A DNA stretch of 64,000 nucleotides from a virus. Where the stretch lies: the IMG/VR virus record IMGVR_UViG_3300035157_000972. One strand, given 5' to 3'. The notes under the pieces are model-generated. The model had not been told where the DNA came from, searched no databases, and saw only the letters and a program-made list of their open reading frames with translations. The position numbers and the translations under genes were made by a program. Shown piece after piece: positions 10,196-21,296 of this stretch (position 1 is the first letter of the stretch; each line of letters begins with the position of its first letter).

Positions 10196-13100
10196 ATGCC
10201 ACAGAACACCAACCTAAACGTCAATCCATATTTTGATGATTTCGATAAGAATAAGAAATTCAACAAAGTCTTATTCAAACCCGGAACACCTGTTCAAGCA
10301 AGGGAACTGACAACACTACAATCGATCTTACAAGATCAGATTGAAAAATTTGGACAACATATGTTCAAAGAAGGATCCGTAGTGATACCCGGATCTGTTG
10401 CTTATGATGATTCATATTATGCTGTAAAATTAGAGTCTACATTTTTTGGTGTTCCTGTAGAGTCATATTTTGATCAATTAGTTGGGTTAGAAATAAAAGG
10501 TAAAGCATCAGGTGTAACTGCTGTAGTCAAGAGTGTTCTAAAGGCATCAAAGTCCACTCAAAACTGCACAACATTATATGTGAAGTATAGAGCAGCAAAC
10601 GCTAATGACAAGACAACACAAACTTTCCAAGATGGAGAGAACCTTATTACTTTATCTGATTTCACTTTTGGCAGTACTACTACTACTGCAGGATCGGATT
10701 TTGCAACTTGCATTCTAAAAAATGCCACATCAACAGGATCAGCATTTACTGTTGTTGAGGGTGTATTCTTTGCTCGTGGTGCCTTTGTACAGGTAGACAC
10801 AGAGACTATAGTATTAGATCAATATTCTAATAATCCTTCATATAGAGTCGGATTCCAAGTTATTGAAGAGATTATAACTGCTGTAGAGGATGACTCATTA
10901 TACGATAATGCTGCAGGTTTCAGTAACTATACAGCACCGGGTGCTGATAGACTCAAGATTAGTCTAAAACTAACAAAAAAAGCATTAGACAACTTCCAAG
11001 ATGAGAACTTTATTGAACTCTTCAGAACCAATAAAGGTGAAATCAAGAAGATTGTTGTAAGAACTGTATATAATGAATTAGCAAAAGAACTTGCTAGAAG
11101 AACATTTGATGAGAGTGGAGATTACTTTGTAACACCATTCTCTTTTGAACCAAAAGAAAGTCTAAATGATAGACACTCACAATTTGGTGTATTCTTCCCA
11201 GAAGAATCTACTGATGATAATAATGTTCCATCAAAAGATATTGCAAGTATCAAAGTTGGACCCGGAAAAGCATATGTCAAAGGTTATGAAGTAGAAACCT
11301 TTGGAGCAACATTTGTAGATTCTAACAAACCAAGAGAAACAGAACTGGTAGAATCATCTACTGTTCCTTTCCAAGCAGGAAATCTAATAAGAGTCAACAA
11401 TGTATATGGTGGTGCTAGTGTTGGTATAGCAACCACAGGATATGTTGATCTAAGAAGTAACAGATTAGGCACTGACAGAGATGAACCTGCAGGTCAGTCA
11501 GTTGGTAGAGCAAGAGTATATGATTTCAAACTATCTGCAGGAGCATATGCAGATGCTACATCTAGTTTTGATTTATTCTTATTTGACGTACAAACTGATA
11601 CAGAGATAACACTCAACAATACACTATCAATCTCAGCACCTGCATTGGTTGAAGGTAAGAGATCTGGTGCAAGAGGATTCTTGAGATCTCAGACAGGTAA
11701 TATATTGACATTACATCAGACTGCAGGTCAGTTTGTTCAAGATGAAGCAATCACTGTTGATGGTATTGATAACGGTAGAATTATCACAAAGGTTACAGAG
11801 TTTGGTGTAAATGATATTCACTCGATTAGACAGGAAGTTGGTGTTCAGACATTTAGTGGTGACACAGTTTTAGAACCTAGAATTGTATTTGGTGGACAGT
11901 CATTTAACTTCACTGCTGCTGCAGGAAGTAAATCAACAGTATCATCATCTTCAAATTCATGGACAGTTGGGATACAAACAGGAGACATAATTCAGTATAA
12001 TAGATCTGGTATTACTGGAAGTGTATTCAATAGAGTCAAAACTGTATCTCCTTTAGGTACAAGTATTGAAGTAGAAGCAGTTGCAAACGTATCTGATGTA
12101 TGTACAGGATCTATTCCTTCTGCTGCAACTAATGTATCAGGTTTGAGTGTTGTATCTCCAATCATAAGAAATTCTCAAAGTGGATTCTTATTCGCAGATA
12201 TGCCTGATAGAAATGTAGAATCTGTTGATTTGACACGTTCAGATATATTTGTAAGAGGAGAACTTAGAGGAAGATCATCAAACTCATTGGGGACATTAGA
12301 TTTACCATCTCTAAGTGGAACAGATTTTGTGTATGCACCATTTGATGAAGAAAGATATACAGTATTATATGAAGATGGCACTATCGAACCTCTTACAACA
12401 GATCAGTTTGTAATTACTGGTGGTGGTAAGGGTGTAACTTTGAGTGGATTGACTGCAAGTAAGAGTAATATTGTTGTTCATGTAACTAAACAAAAAGTAA
12501 AAGTTGTAGCAAAAGATAAAGATCTAAAACGTTGTGAAACTATAGTTGTAAGTGGATCAAAATATACTTACTCAGGTATATCAACTTCGATTGGTGATGG
12601 ACTGACTTACAATCTTGCATATGGTAAGAGAGTGCAGGATAGAGAAGTATCTCTAGACACTGCTGATGTTGTAAGAGTTCGTGCTGTATTTGAATCTTCA
12701 TCAAATGCTGATCCTACAATACCTTCACTTACATTTACAGGTTTGAATGGACCAAATGCTGACAACTCAGACCTCATCAAGGGTGAATCTGTTATAGGTA
12801 AAGTTTCAGGTGCATCTGCATTGATTCTAGGCACCACTGGTACACAATCTGCATTTATTGTAAGTAGTAATGAAGGTAACTTTATTGAGGGTGAAGAAAT
12901 TTCATTTACTGAAAGTAAAGTTGGTGGTAAAATCAGTTCTGCAACATTAGGTGATAAGGAAATAAGTGCAAACTTTATATTAGATAATGGTCAGAGAGCA
13001 GAGTTCTATGACTTTGGTAGACTAATAAGAAGACAAGGTGCTCCTGAACCATCAGGTAGAATCAAGGTATTCTTTGATAAATTTGTAATCAATTCAGAGG

Positions 13101-16100
13101 ATAGTGGAGAACTTGTAACAGCAAGTAGTTATGGTGCAGATGTGTATGACATTGTTCCTAGTTTTAGAGGAACAAGAAACACAGATGTTGTTGATATGAG
13201 ACCAAGAGTTGCAGATTACAACTCAGCGTTATCACCATTTGAGTGGGGTGCAAGAGTATTCTCAGGTTCTGGTCAATCAGTAGCAAATGTCCTTGTATCT
13301 GATGAGAATATTACATTTGACTATAAGTATTATCTTGGTAGAATAGACAGATTATTCTTGAATAGTGACTCTACCTTTACACTTGTAGAGGGAACTCCTG
13401 CTAGATCACCACAATTACCTGAAGGTGTTGATAGTTCATTTGAATTAGCAGAGATTACATATGCTCCATATGTGTTTGATGTCAATAGAGATATTACTAT
13501 TGAAACAAGAGGTAATAAGAGATACACCATGAAAGATATTGGTGGTATCGAGAAGAGAATTGAGAATGTAGAATTTGCAACTTCATTATCATTACTAGAA
13601 GCAAAAACTGAAGCATTAGTTGTCAAAGATCCAGACACAGGATTAGACAGTTTCAAAACTGGTTTTGCAGTAGACAACTTCAGTAATTTTGCTTTAGCAG
13701 ATACTTCTTTACCAGAACTAAAGTATGATGTTGAGGATGGTGTTGCTGTAGCAAGAGCAAACTATGACGTAGTTGATCTACTCATAGGATCTGAATCATT
13801 GATTGGTTTATCTGGTGTACCTAATAATGCAGTTGATGTTAGATATGCAACTGACTTAGGTTCTCAGAATGTAACTAAGAAAGGATCTAAGGTTCTTCTA
13901 AACTACACACAGGTTGTAGATTTTGATCAACCATTTGCAAGTAGAGTTGTAAATGTCAACCCATATGATGTTGTGACATGGTTTGGTCAAATGAAGATCA
14001 ATCCAACAGAAGATGTATGGGTAGAAAGAAGATTCAATAGTGTTGACGGTGGTTTTGGTGTCACTGAGGTGATTACAGAAACTGAGGCAATACCAAATCT
14101 TAGATCACAGAATATTGAGTTTACAGGATACAGATTAAAACCCGGAACTAAGTTCTACAGTTCATTCTCCAGAACTGACATGTCAGATCAGAGAAGTTTG
14201 ACAGTTCCAAAACTATTAGAAGTAACACCAGTCAAAGGTGCATTCCAAGTTGGTGAAACTGTATCAGGTAAGTTACTTAACAATCAAAATTCCAATACAG
14301 TCCCTGAGATTAGATTCCGTGTTGCAACACCTAATCATAAAGATGGTCCATACAATGCTCCAACTTTAGTTTATGAATCAAGTCCTTATGATGGTGCCGG
14401 TATATCATCTTCCTACAGTGACACAAGTACACTTATCAACGTAGACACTGGTAGTTTGAACCAGAAATCTGATGAAAGATTCTTTGGTACAGTAGTCAAA
14501 GATATGAGACTTGTGGGTGAAACAAGTAATGCAGAAGCACAGGTCAAAGAAGTTAGATTAATATCTGATGGTTTTGGTGCATTACAAGGATCTATTCATA
14601 TTCCTTCAAGCAATCCTAACTTTACTAACGGAAGTAATACTGTTGGTTTGAGTGCTGCTAAAGGGGATGTAAAACAGGTTCCCGGAGAACTGCCAATCAG
14701 TAAGGCAAATGCAAACTTCTTCTCCAGAGGAGAGTTGATTACACAGACCACTATAAACCGAGTGGCACCTCCACCTCCTCCACCACCACCAGATGACGAT
14801 GATCCTCTAGCACAGTCATTCAATGTGACTGAGTACCCCGGAATATACATGACATCTGTGGATATGTTCTTCTTCACGAAGAGTAGCAGTATCCCTGTTG
14901 AGGTTAGAATAGTACATGTAGAGAATGGATATCCAACAAAACGTACAATAGCAAGTAAGATCCTAGAACCAAGTCAGGTCAATACATCTGACAATGGAAC
15001 AGTAGCAACTAACTTCGAGTTTGACTTCCCAGTATATCTTGCTGCAGGAGAATATGCTTTTGTTATCCTAGCATCTACTCAAGAATATCAAGCATGGATA
15101 TGTCGTGTAGGTGAAGATGATATTCTTACTCGTGATTTACCAGAACTTGCAAAAGTTGTTATTAGTAAGCAACCATCTACAGGTTCACTATTCAAGTCAC
15201 AGAATGCATCAACTTGGACAGCATCTCAACTAGAAGATCTCAAGTATAAGGCATACAAGGCGAAGTTTATAACTGGTCAGGGTACATTCAAGATGTACAA
15301 TCCAGAGTTACAAACATTCAATCAAAGAAACCTACTACCTTCTAATCCAATCGAAGTATTTGATAAGAAAGTTACCGTTGGTCTCTCCTCTGATTTGAAG
15401 AATCCACATATTGTTGTTGGTACACAAATCAAACAAAACAATAGAACATCTAGTGGTTTTGTTGAAGGTAAATTGGGTGCTGTTGGTGCAGCAAATACTG
15501 GATTCAGTATTACTAATGCAGGTATTGGTTACTCTAATACAACCTTCGGTGCTGTGAACTTCACAACATTGACTGGTAATGGATCTGGTGCAACAGGCAT
15601 CGTTACTGTATCAAGTGGCACTGTAGATAGTGTATGTGTTCTAAACACAGGATCTGGATATCAGGTTGGTGATACTGTGACTGCTACTCTTGGAAGTAAC
15701 AATCTTGGTAGAAACTTGGTATTGACAGTTGGTGTTGTAACATCTACTAATGCATTGAAATTGACAGGTGTAACAGGACAAGACTTCAATACATCTGAAC
15801 TCATACAGTATGTCCCATCAGGAGGATCAGGAGTTGGTTTAGGATCAACACTTGCATCTATCACACCTACAAGTGTGACTATCAATGCTGATGAGTTTGA
15901 TGGTAAGCATGTAAGAGTTTCTCATCCTAATCATGGTATGCATGCCTTCAATAACAAAGTTGATTTGACTAGAGTTGAGGGAGATACCATACCAACAAAT
16001 ATTACTGTTGGATATGGTGCTAGTTCTATTGAGAATATCAGTATTGGTTCTTCTTCTAACTTCGGTATATTTGAAGGATCACAAGTATCAACAACAAATC

Positions 16101-17197
16101 CCGGATTTGCATTGATTGGTAATGAAATTATTGCTTACACTGGTGTAGGTAATAATGTATTGACTGGTATTACAACAAGAGGAGTTGATGGTACAACAAC
16201 TCAATCATTCCTACCCGGAACACCTATTCAAAAGTATGAGTTCAAGGGTGTCTCACTAAGAGAACTCAATAAAGAGCATAGTTTTGCTGATGTTACAAAT
16301 GCTATCACAGAGAAGATTGGTTTAGATCATTACTTCTTGAAGATTGGTGGCACAAAGACATTTACATCACATTCTCTAGGTGGTGGAGTAAATGCAAGAG
16401 CATCACAGAATGTTCAGTTTGAAGCAATGACTCCAAATCTAAAACACACCTTACCTGACAATACAAGCATCAGTGCTAGTGCAAGAACTACATCTGGTAC
16501 AAGTATAAGTGGTAGTGAAACATCATTCCAAGATCGTGGATATCAACCAGTATCTCTTGGTGGTGAAACTAAATTTGCTGATCCTAGAATCATTGCATCT
16601 AGAGTCAATGAGTCAGACAAACTAAGTGTTTTACCGGGTGCTAAATCATTCACACTTGATGTAACTATCGGTAGTACAAATGAGAATGTGTCACCTGTTG
16701 TTGATGTATTTGATAGTAATATTACTGTAAAATCATCAAGAGTAAATGCACCAATCTCGAACTACGTTACTGATAGAAGATCTAACACATTACTTGAAGA
16801 TCCGCATACATTCTCATATGTAACATCTGTAATTGGATTAGAAAATCCTGCAAGTTCACTAAAGGTCATTCTTGCTGCATTCAAACCCGGAACTTCTGAC
16901 ATCAGAGTTCTTTACAGATTGAGAAGGACAGATGGTTCTGATATCGATAAGGTATTTGAACTAATGCCCGGATTCAATAACATTGATATCAATGGTAAAG
17001 TTATTGATGGTAAGAATAATGATGGTACATCTGATAGACAGATAAGTAACAGTGTGGCAGGGCAGTTCCTAGAACATCAGTTCACAGCGAATGGTCTTCC
17101 TCAGTTTAGTGGTTATCAGATCAAGGTTGAAGTCACTTCAACTAATCAGGCACAATCACCAAGCATACGTGACTTTAGAGTTATAGCATTAGCATGA
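10196..17197 (+). CDS. Large virion structural protein, VrlC-like
   Basis: MPQNTNLNVNPYFDDFD...VLFKPG.PVQARELTTLQSILQ start, APGADRLKI, DPLAQSF; conserved position after gp8. Confidence 0.85.
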   Translation: MPQNTNLNVNPYFDDFDKNKKFNKVLFKPGTPVQARELTTLQSILQDQIEKFGQHMFKEGSVVIPGSVAYDDSYYAVKLESTFFGVPVESYFDQLVGLEIKGKASGVTAVVKSVLKASKSTQNCTTLYVKYRAANANDKTTQTFQDGENLITLSDFTFGSTTTTAGSDFATCILKNATSTGSAFTVVEGVFFARGAFVQVDTETIVLDQYSNNPSYRVGFQVIEEIITAVEDDSLYDNAAGFSNYTAPGADRLKISLKLTKKALDNFQDENFIELFRTNKGEIKKIVVRTVYNELAKELARRTFDESGDYFVTPFSFEPKESLNDRHSQFGVFFPEESTDDNNVPSKDIASIKVGPGKAYVKGYEVETFGATFVDSNKPRETELVESSTVPFQAGNLIRVNNVYGGASVGIATTGYVDLRSNRLGTDRDEPAGQSVGRARVYDFKLSAGAYADATSSFDLFLFDVQTDTEITLNNTLSISAPALVEGKRSGARGFLRSQTGNILTLHQTAGQFVQDEAITVDGIDNGRIITKVTEFGVNDIHSIRQEVGVQTFSGDTVLEPRIVFGGQSFNFTAAAGSKSTVSSSSNSWTVGIQTGDIIQYNRSGITGSVFNRVKTVSPLGTSIEVEAVANVSDVCTGSIPSAATNVSGLSVVSPIIRNSQSGFLFADMPDRNVESVDLTRSDIFVRGELRGRSSNSLGTLDLPSLSGTDFVYAPFDEERYTVLYEDGTIEPLTTDQFVITGGGKGVTLSGLTASKSNIVVHVTKQKVKVVAKDKDLKRCETIVVSGSKYTYSGISTSIGDGLTYNLAYGKRVQDREVSLDTADVVRVRAVFESSSNADPTIPSLTFTGLNGPNADNSDLIKGESVIGKVSGASALILGTTGTQSAFIVSSNEGNFIEGEEISFTESKVGGKISSATLGDKEISANFILDNGQRAEFYDFGRLIRRQGAPEPSGRIKVFFDKFVINSEDSGELVTASSYGADVYDIVPSFRGTRNTDVVDMRPRVADYNSALSPFEWGARVFSGSGQSVANVLVSDENITFDYKYYLGRIDRLFLNSDSTFTLVEGTPARSPQLPEGVDSSFELAEITYAPYVFDVNRDITIETRGNKRYTMKDIGGIEKRIENVEFATSLSLLEAKTEALVVKDPDTGLDSFKTGFAVDNFSNFALADTSLPELKYDVEDGVAVARANYDVVDLLIGSESLIGLSGVPNNAVDVRYATDLGSQNVTKKGSKVLLNYTQVVDFDQPFASRVVNVNPYDVVTWFGQMKINPTEDVWVERRFNSVDGGFGVTEVITETEAIPNLRSQNIEFTGYRLKPGTKFYSSFSRTDMSDQRSLTVPKLLEVTPVKGAFQVGETVSGKLLNNQNSNTVPEIRFRVATPNHKDGPYNAPTLVYESSPYDGAGISSSYSDTSTLINVDTGSLNQKSDERFFGTVVKDMRLVGETSNAEAQVKEVRLISDGFGALQGSIHIPSSNPNFTNGSNTVGLSAAKGDVKQVPGELPISKANANFFSRGELITQTTINRVAPPPPPPPPDDDDPLAQSFNVTEYPGIYMTSVDMFFFTKSSSIPVEVRIVHVENGYPTKRTIASKILEPSQVNTSDNGTVATNFEFDFPVYLAAGEYAFVILASTQEYQAWICRVGEDDILTRDLPELAKVVISKQPSTGSLFKSQNASTWTASQLEDLKYKAYKAKFITGQGTFKMYNPELQTFNQRNLLPSNPIEVFDKKVTVGLSSDLKNPHIVVGTQIKQNNRTSSGFVEGKLGAVGAANTGFSITNAGIGYSNTTFGAVNFTTLTGNGSGATGIVTVSSGTVDSVCVLNTGSGYQVGDTVTATLGSNNLGRNLVLTVGVVTSTNALKLTGVTGQDFNTSELIQYVPSGGSGVGLGSTLASITPTSVTINADEFDGKHVRVSHPNHGMHAFNNKVDLTRVEGDTIPTNITVGYGASSIENISIGSSSNFGIFEGSQVSTTNPGFALIGNEIIAYTGVGNNVLTGITTRGVDGTTTQSFLPGTPIQKYEFKGVSLRELNKEHSFADVTNAITEKIGLDHYFLKIGGTKTFTSHSLGGGVNARASQNVQFEAMTPNLKHTLPDNTSISASARTTSGTSISGSETSFQDRGYQPVSLGGETKFADPRIIASRVNESDKLSVLPGAKSFTLDVTIGSTNENVSPVVDVFDSNITVKSSRVNAPISNYVTDRRSNTLLEDPHTFSYVTSVIGLENPASSLKVILAAFKPGTSDIRVLYRLRRTDGSDIDKVFELMPGFNNIDINGKVIDGKNNDGTSDRQISNSVAGQFLEHQFTANGLPQFSGYQIKVEVTSTNQAQSPSIRDFRVIALA

Positions 17198-17451
17198 TCA
17201 ACGCATGGAGTTTAGCAGCAGAAGTTCTTGAGGGAACTTTAGATGAAACTTATCCAATTATGAAAAAAGCACCTATAAACGATCGTGACGATCTAAAAAG
17301 AGATTTAGATACTGGAGCGATCGTGAATACAGACACCGTATATTATGAAAAGTATATGGCAGAAAAGAATAGGGTCAAAACACAAAGAAACGAAATCGTG
17401 GAGTTGAGAGCAGAGATAGAACTGCTCAAGGCGATGATACGTGATAAATAA
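17194..17451 (+). CDS. Small conserved cyanophage protein with C-terminal coiled coil
   Basis: ATGA overlap with upstream stop; LKRDLDTGAIVNTD motif; start could alternatively be the ATG at 17260. Confidence 0.6.
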   Translation: MINAWSLAAEVLEGTLDETYPIMKKAPINDRDDLKRDLDTGAIVNTDTVYYEKYMAEKNRVKTQRNEIVELRAEIELLKAMIRDK

Positions 17452-17470
17452 TCCTAGTATATAAGGTATA

Positions 17471-17833
17471 ATGGCAGTTCCAACAGTCAATCTAGTAATT
17501 GAACAAGGCACTGACTTCGCAAGGACTTACTCCTTGAAGAAGGCAGACAACACCCCATTGGATCTTACTTTTTATACTTTTGAAGCACATATGATCAAAA
17601 GTCGTGCTTCCATTCATAGAGCAATGGAAAACAATATGATCAGTATGGGCACTACCTTTGGTACGAATCCTGCATTAGGACAACTCACTGTATCATTTGC
17701 AGCGACAATGACTTCAGTTGGTATACTGACAGCAGGAAGATATGATTATGATATTGTTATCAAGAACACCAATAACAATAAAAAGACCAAGGTAATTCAA
17801 GGTCAAGCGTTAGTAAATGGCACAGCTATCTAA
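17471..17833 (+). CDS. Putative virion structural protein (baseplate/fibre adaptor-like)
   Basis: NLVIEQGTDF...GRYDYDIV...KVIQGQALV pattern; late promoter-like ATAAATA upstream. Confidence 0.6.
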   Translation: MAVPTVNLVIEQGTDFARTYSLKKADNTPLDLTFYTFEAHMIKSRASIHRAMENNMISMGTTFGTNPALGQLTVSFAATMTSVGILTAGRYDYDIVIKNTNNNKKTKVIQGQALVNGTAI

Positions 17834-18249
17834 TGGCAGAAGACATCAAAATATTTGTAGTCGAATCAGATTCTGATTTCGTTGCATCTGTTACAGTGGA
17901 TGATAATACTGTTGCAGATACAAATATTACTGGTGATGGTGTCGGAGACCTTATTGTACAATTCGTAGACTCAGTAGCAGGAGCAGGAGGATCAGTGTCA
18001 AATCTAAGAGACCTAGGAGACATAGACACTACAGCGATACCTCAAGGTTCGTCTGCCGGAGATAAGTTTGTATTGACATATGATGCAGGAAATAATAGAT
18101 TCACTTTCGTAAATCCGGATGCAGTTGTAGATGCAGCAGTAGGTGTGGGAGCGACATTCCCTGCACCTGTAGGACTCTCTACACAGGCGATAGATTACCT
18201 CGATACAGCATTAGACGACAAGATAGATTTAGATGCAGGAACATTCTAG
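17833..18249 (+). CDS. Acidic putative virion protein
   Basis: TAATG coupling; LRDLGDID and C-terminal IDLDAGTF motif shared with fibre-associated proteins. Confidence 0.55.
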   Translation: MAEDIKIFVVESDSDFVASVTVDDNTVADTNITGDGVGDLIVQFVDSVAGAGGSVSNLRDLGDIDTTAIPQGSSAGDKFVLTYDAGNNRFTFVNPDAVVDAAVGVGATFPAPVGLSTQAIDYLDTALDDKIDLDAGTF

Positions 18250-18321
18250 GTATAATTAATCACGTAGTTACGTTTTTTAATAAATATAAGAGAAGAAAAC
18301 AACATAACTTAAACATAACAC

Positions 18322-21234
18322 ATGGGAGCTCCTGTTTTACAGTTTAAGAGGGGTCAGTTTTCTAACCTACCGGGACTACGTGCGGGTGAACCGGGGTTTA
18401 CAACTGACAAATTTGACCTCTATGTGGGTATTGATTCCACAACAAATAGCAATAAATTCTTTGGATCACATCGTTATTGGAACAGAGAAACCTCTACAGT
18501 AGGTTCATCTGTCAGAGTAGTTGAAGGAAGTAATAATGGTTCAAACTATATTGAATTAAAATCACCTAACTCGCTAGGTGGAAACGTTTCATACACATTA
18601 CCCGGAACCGACGTCGCGAACGGTATCTTAGTAAGTGATGGATCAGGTAATTTATCATACACAACAACAGTCACAGGATCTGGTTCTGGTCTATCCGCAG
18701 GGACAGTACCTCTTACATCCTTAGACATAGATGGTGGAACAGATATCGGTGCTGATTTAGCAGATAGTGATTTACTTATAGTTGATGATGGTGCAGGCGG
18801 TACTAATAGAAAGACCGCTATGTCAAGAGTCAAGACTTATGTTCTTGGCGGTGGATCAGGAGCAACATTTGCCGGTATCAACGTAACAGGTATTGCAACT
18901 GTAGCATTTACTGATGCAACTCAACTCAAAGTATCTGGTGTTTCTACCTTTACTGGACAAACAAACCACTCAACAATCAACGCTTCAGGCACTATTACTG
19001 CAAACCAGTTCACTGGATCTGGAGCAGGATTATCTGCAGGAACAACACCTGTCACAACACTTGATATTGATGGTGCTACTGACATCGGTGCTGATTTAGT
19101 AGATGCTGACCTTCTTGTTGTTGATGACGGAGCAGGCGGTACAAACCGTAAGACTGCAATGTCTAGAGTCAAGTCTTATGTTCTAGGTGGTGGATCGGGT
19201 GCTACATTTGCTGCTATCAATGTAACAGGTATATCAACTCAAGCATTTGTTGATGCTACTCAGTTGAAAGTATCTGGTATCTCAACATTTACTGGACAAA
19301 CAAACCACTCAACAATCAATGCTTCAAGCACTGTTACTGGTACTGCATTCCACACAGGTGCTGAAGGATCTGCAATCAGAGTTACTTCAAACACAATCTC
19401 AGGTCCTGCTACAATCACTCTTGACCCTGCAGGGGTAGGTGATAACACAGGTAAGGTTGTTATTGCCGGTGACTTCCAAGTAGACGGTACAACAACCACG
19501 GTTAACTCAACCACTATGACAGTGGATGACAAGAACGTTGTTTTAGGTTCTGGTGCTGCTAATGATGCTGCTGCAAACGGTGGTGGTATTACTATTGAGT
19601 CTGGTGAAGGCAACAAGACATTCCAGTTTGAAGCAACCGGTGACAACCTAGGATCTTCTGAGAACCTAAACATTGCATCTGGTAAGGACTACAAGGTAAA
19701 CAATGTATCAGTTCTAAATGCAACAACTCTTGGATCAAGTGTCGTAGCAAGTTCTCTTACATCTGTAGGAAACCTAACAACTCTTGATGTAACTGGAGCA
19801 ACAAACCTCAACGCTACTACTCAGTCAACCAGTAACACAACTGGTGCTTTGATAGTTGATGGTGGTGTTGGTGTTGCTAAGAATGTAAACGTCGGTGGTG
19901 CTCTTGATGTTGATGGACAAATCACAAGTGCTGCACCTATAAGAAACTCAACTGGTAGTGGATTGATTCCCGGAGTTGGTGTTATCACAGCGACTTCTGA
20001 TGCCGGTCTTGTAACTGCATTCAAATTCAGAGGTAACGGTCTAGAGAACTTCATCGTTGAAGATGGTGTTGCTGACGTTGTTCTATCTGGTGTTGCTGCT
20101 ACTACATTCACAACATCTGAGACAACAACTGCAACTGAAGGGCAGACTGCTATTACAGTTTCTGCAGGATACACAGATGGATTCATTGATGTATATCTAA
20201 ACGGTGTTCGTCTGATCACAGGAACTGACTATACTCAGACAAATGCAAGCACAGTTACTCTTGCATCAGGTGCAACTGCAGGCGACGAAATTGAAACTGT
20301 TGCTTGGAAGTCACTAGGTGATATTGTTCACATACAGTCATTAAAGACTGCTTCTGACCTAACTGTAACAGGGGTAGCAACCGCTACGGGTGGATTTGTA
20401 GGAAACATAACGGGTGACATCACTGGTTCTGGAGCAGGATTATCTGCAGGAACAGTTCCTCTTACTGCACTTGATATAGACGGTGGTACAGCAACCTCAA
20501 CACTTGCTAATGCTGACCTATTCATCGTTGATGATGGTGCAGGCGGTACAAACCGTAAGGTAACATTCCAAACTATCTCTAACGCTGTTCTAGGCGGTTC
20601 TGGGGGTGCTACATTCGCTGCTGTAAATGTAACTGGTATTGGTACATTCGGTGGAATACTTGATGCTAACGGTGGTGCTAACATCTCAGGTGGTGATGGT
20701 TTAGTTGCTGCAACTGCTAAAGTATCTGATCTTACTTCTGGAAGAGTTGTTCTCGCAGGAACATCTGGAGAGATCGAAGACAGTGGAAACCTCACATTCA
20801 ACGGTTCAGCACTAACAGTTACTGGTACTGCTAACGTAACAAGTAATCTTACAGTTGGTGGTAACCTAACGGTCAACGGTACGACTACACAGGTCAATAC
20901 AGTCAACACAACCATTGAAGATACATTACTTGAACTTCAGAAGGTTGATGGTGGTAACTTAGGTTCAGATACCAACAAGGACGTTGGTCTTGTAATGAAC
21001 TACTATGACGGATCTGCTAAGAAAGCAGCGATGTTCTGGGATGATTCTGCAGGAAGATTTGCTTTCGGTAGTGTGGTTACTGAGACATCAGGAGTTCTAG
21101 GATCTATCACATACGGTGGTGTTGAAATCGGTTCATTGTACCTCAACGATTGTGCAGGTGCTTCACAAGTTATCTCATGTAGTGGTACTACAAGATCACT
21201 TGAGAACATCACGATCGACGGTGGCTCGTTCTAA
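18322..21234 (+). CDS. Tail fibre-like structural protein with internal repeats
   Basis: N-terminal LQFKRG...LRAGEPGFTTD fibre-type anchor; G/T/A/S-rich repeats; ends IDGGSF; followed by terminator. Confidence 0.8.
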   Translation: MGAPVLQFKRGQFSNLPGLRAGEPGFTTDKFDLYVGIDSTTNSNKFFGSHRYWNRETSTVGSSVRVVEGSNNGSNYIELKSPNSLGGNVSYTLPGTDVANGILVSDGSGNLSYTTTVTGSGSGLSAGTVPLTSLDIDGGTDIGADLADSDLLIVDDGAGGTNRKTAMSRVKTYVLGGGSGATFAGINVTGIATVAFTDATQLKVSGVSTFTGQTNHSTINASGTITANQFTGSGAGLSAGTTPVTTLDIDGATDIGADLVDADLLVVDDGAGGTNRKTAMSRVKSYVLGGGSGATFAAINVTGISTQAFVDATQLKVSGISTFTGQTNHSTINASSTVTGTAFHTGAEGSAIRVTSNTISGPATITLDPAGVGDNTGKVVIAGDFQVDGTTTTVNSTTMTVDDKNVVLGSGAANDAAANGGGITIESGEGNKTFQFEATGDNLGSSENLNIASGKDYKVNNVSVLNATTLGSSVVASSLTSVGNLTTLDVTGATNLNATTQSTSNTTGALIVDGGVGVAKNVNVGGALDVDGQITSAAPIRNSTGSGLIPGVGVITATSDAGLVTAFKFRGNGLENFIVEDGVADVVLSGVAATTFTTSETTTATEGQTAITVSAGYTDGFIDVYLNGVRLITGTDYTQTNASTVTLASGATAGDEIETVAWKSLGDIVHIQSLKTASDLTVTGVATATGGFVGNITGDITGSGAGLSAGTVPLTALDIDGGTATSTLANADLFIVDDGAGGTNRKVTFQTISNAVLGGSGGATFAAVNVTGIGTFGGILDANGGANISGGDGLVAATAKVSDLTSGRVVLAGTSGEIEDSGNLTFNGSALTVTGTANVTSNLTVGGNLTVNGTTTQVNTVNTTIEDTLLELQKVDGGNLGSDTNKDVGLVMNYYDGSAKKAAMFWDDSAGRFAFGSVVTETSGVLGSITYGGVEIGSLYLNDCAGASQVISCSGTTRSLENITIDGGSF
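18676..19330 (+). repeat. Two tandem ~339-nt (113-aa) repeats in the fibre gene; a third partial copy near 20424-20640
   Basis: ACTGGACAAACAAACCACTCAACAATCAA at 18952 and 19291 (339 nt apart); protein unit GSGAGLSAGT..LDIDG..DDGAGGTNRK..VLGGGSGATFA.INVTGI. Confidence 0.9.
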
Positions 21235-21260
21235 AATAAGGTTATAAAAACTTGATATAT

Positions 21261-21286
21261 AAGGGGACTAGACAGTCCCCTTTTTT
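21261..21286 (+). terminator. Rho-independent terminator after the fibre gene
   Basis: AAGGGGACT-agac-AGTCCCCTT followed by T run. Confidence 0.85.
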
Positions 21287-21296
21287 ATTGTTTACT

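Noticed and set aside
18676-19330. Fibre repeats as template/variable pair of a diversity-generating retroelement
   Set aside because: Both copies are in frame within one gene, differences are general wobble changes rather than adenine-specific, and no reverse transcriptase is in the window
223-21212. Many 60-195 aa minus-strand ORFs antisense to the structural genes (e.g. 20328-20915, 19260-19673)
   Set aside because: Shadows of Gly/Thr/Val-rich sense codons; no motifs, no independent promoters or ribosome sites
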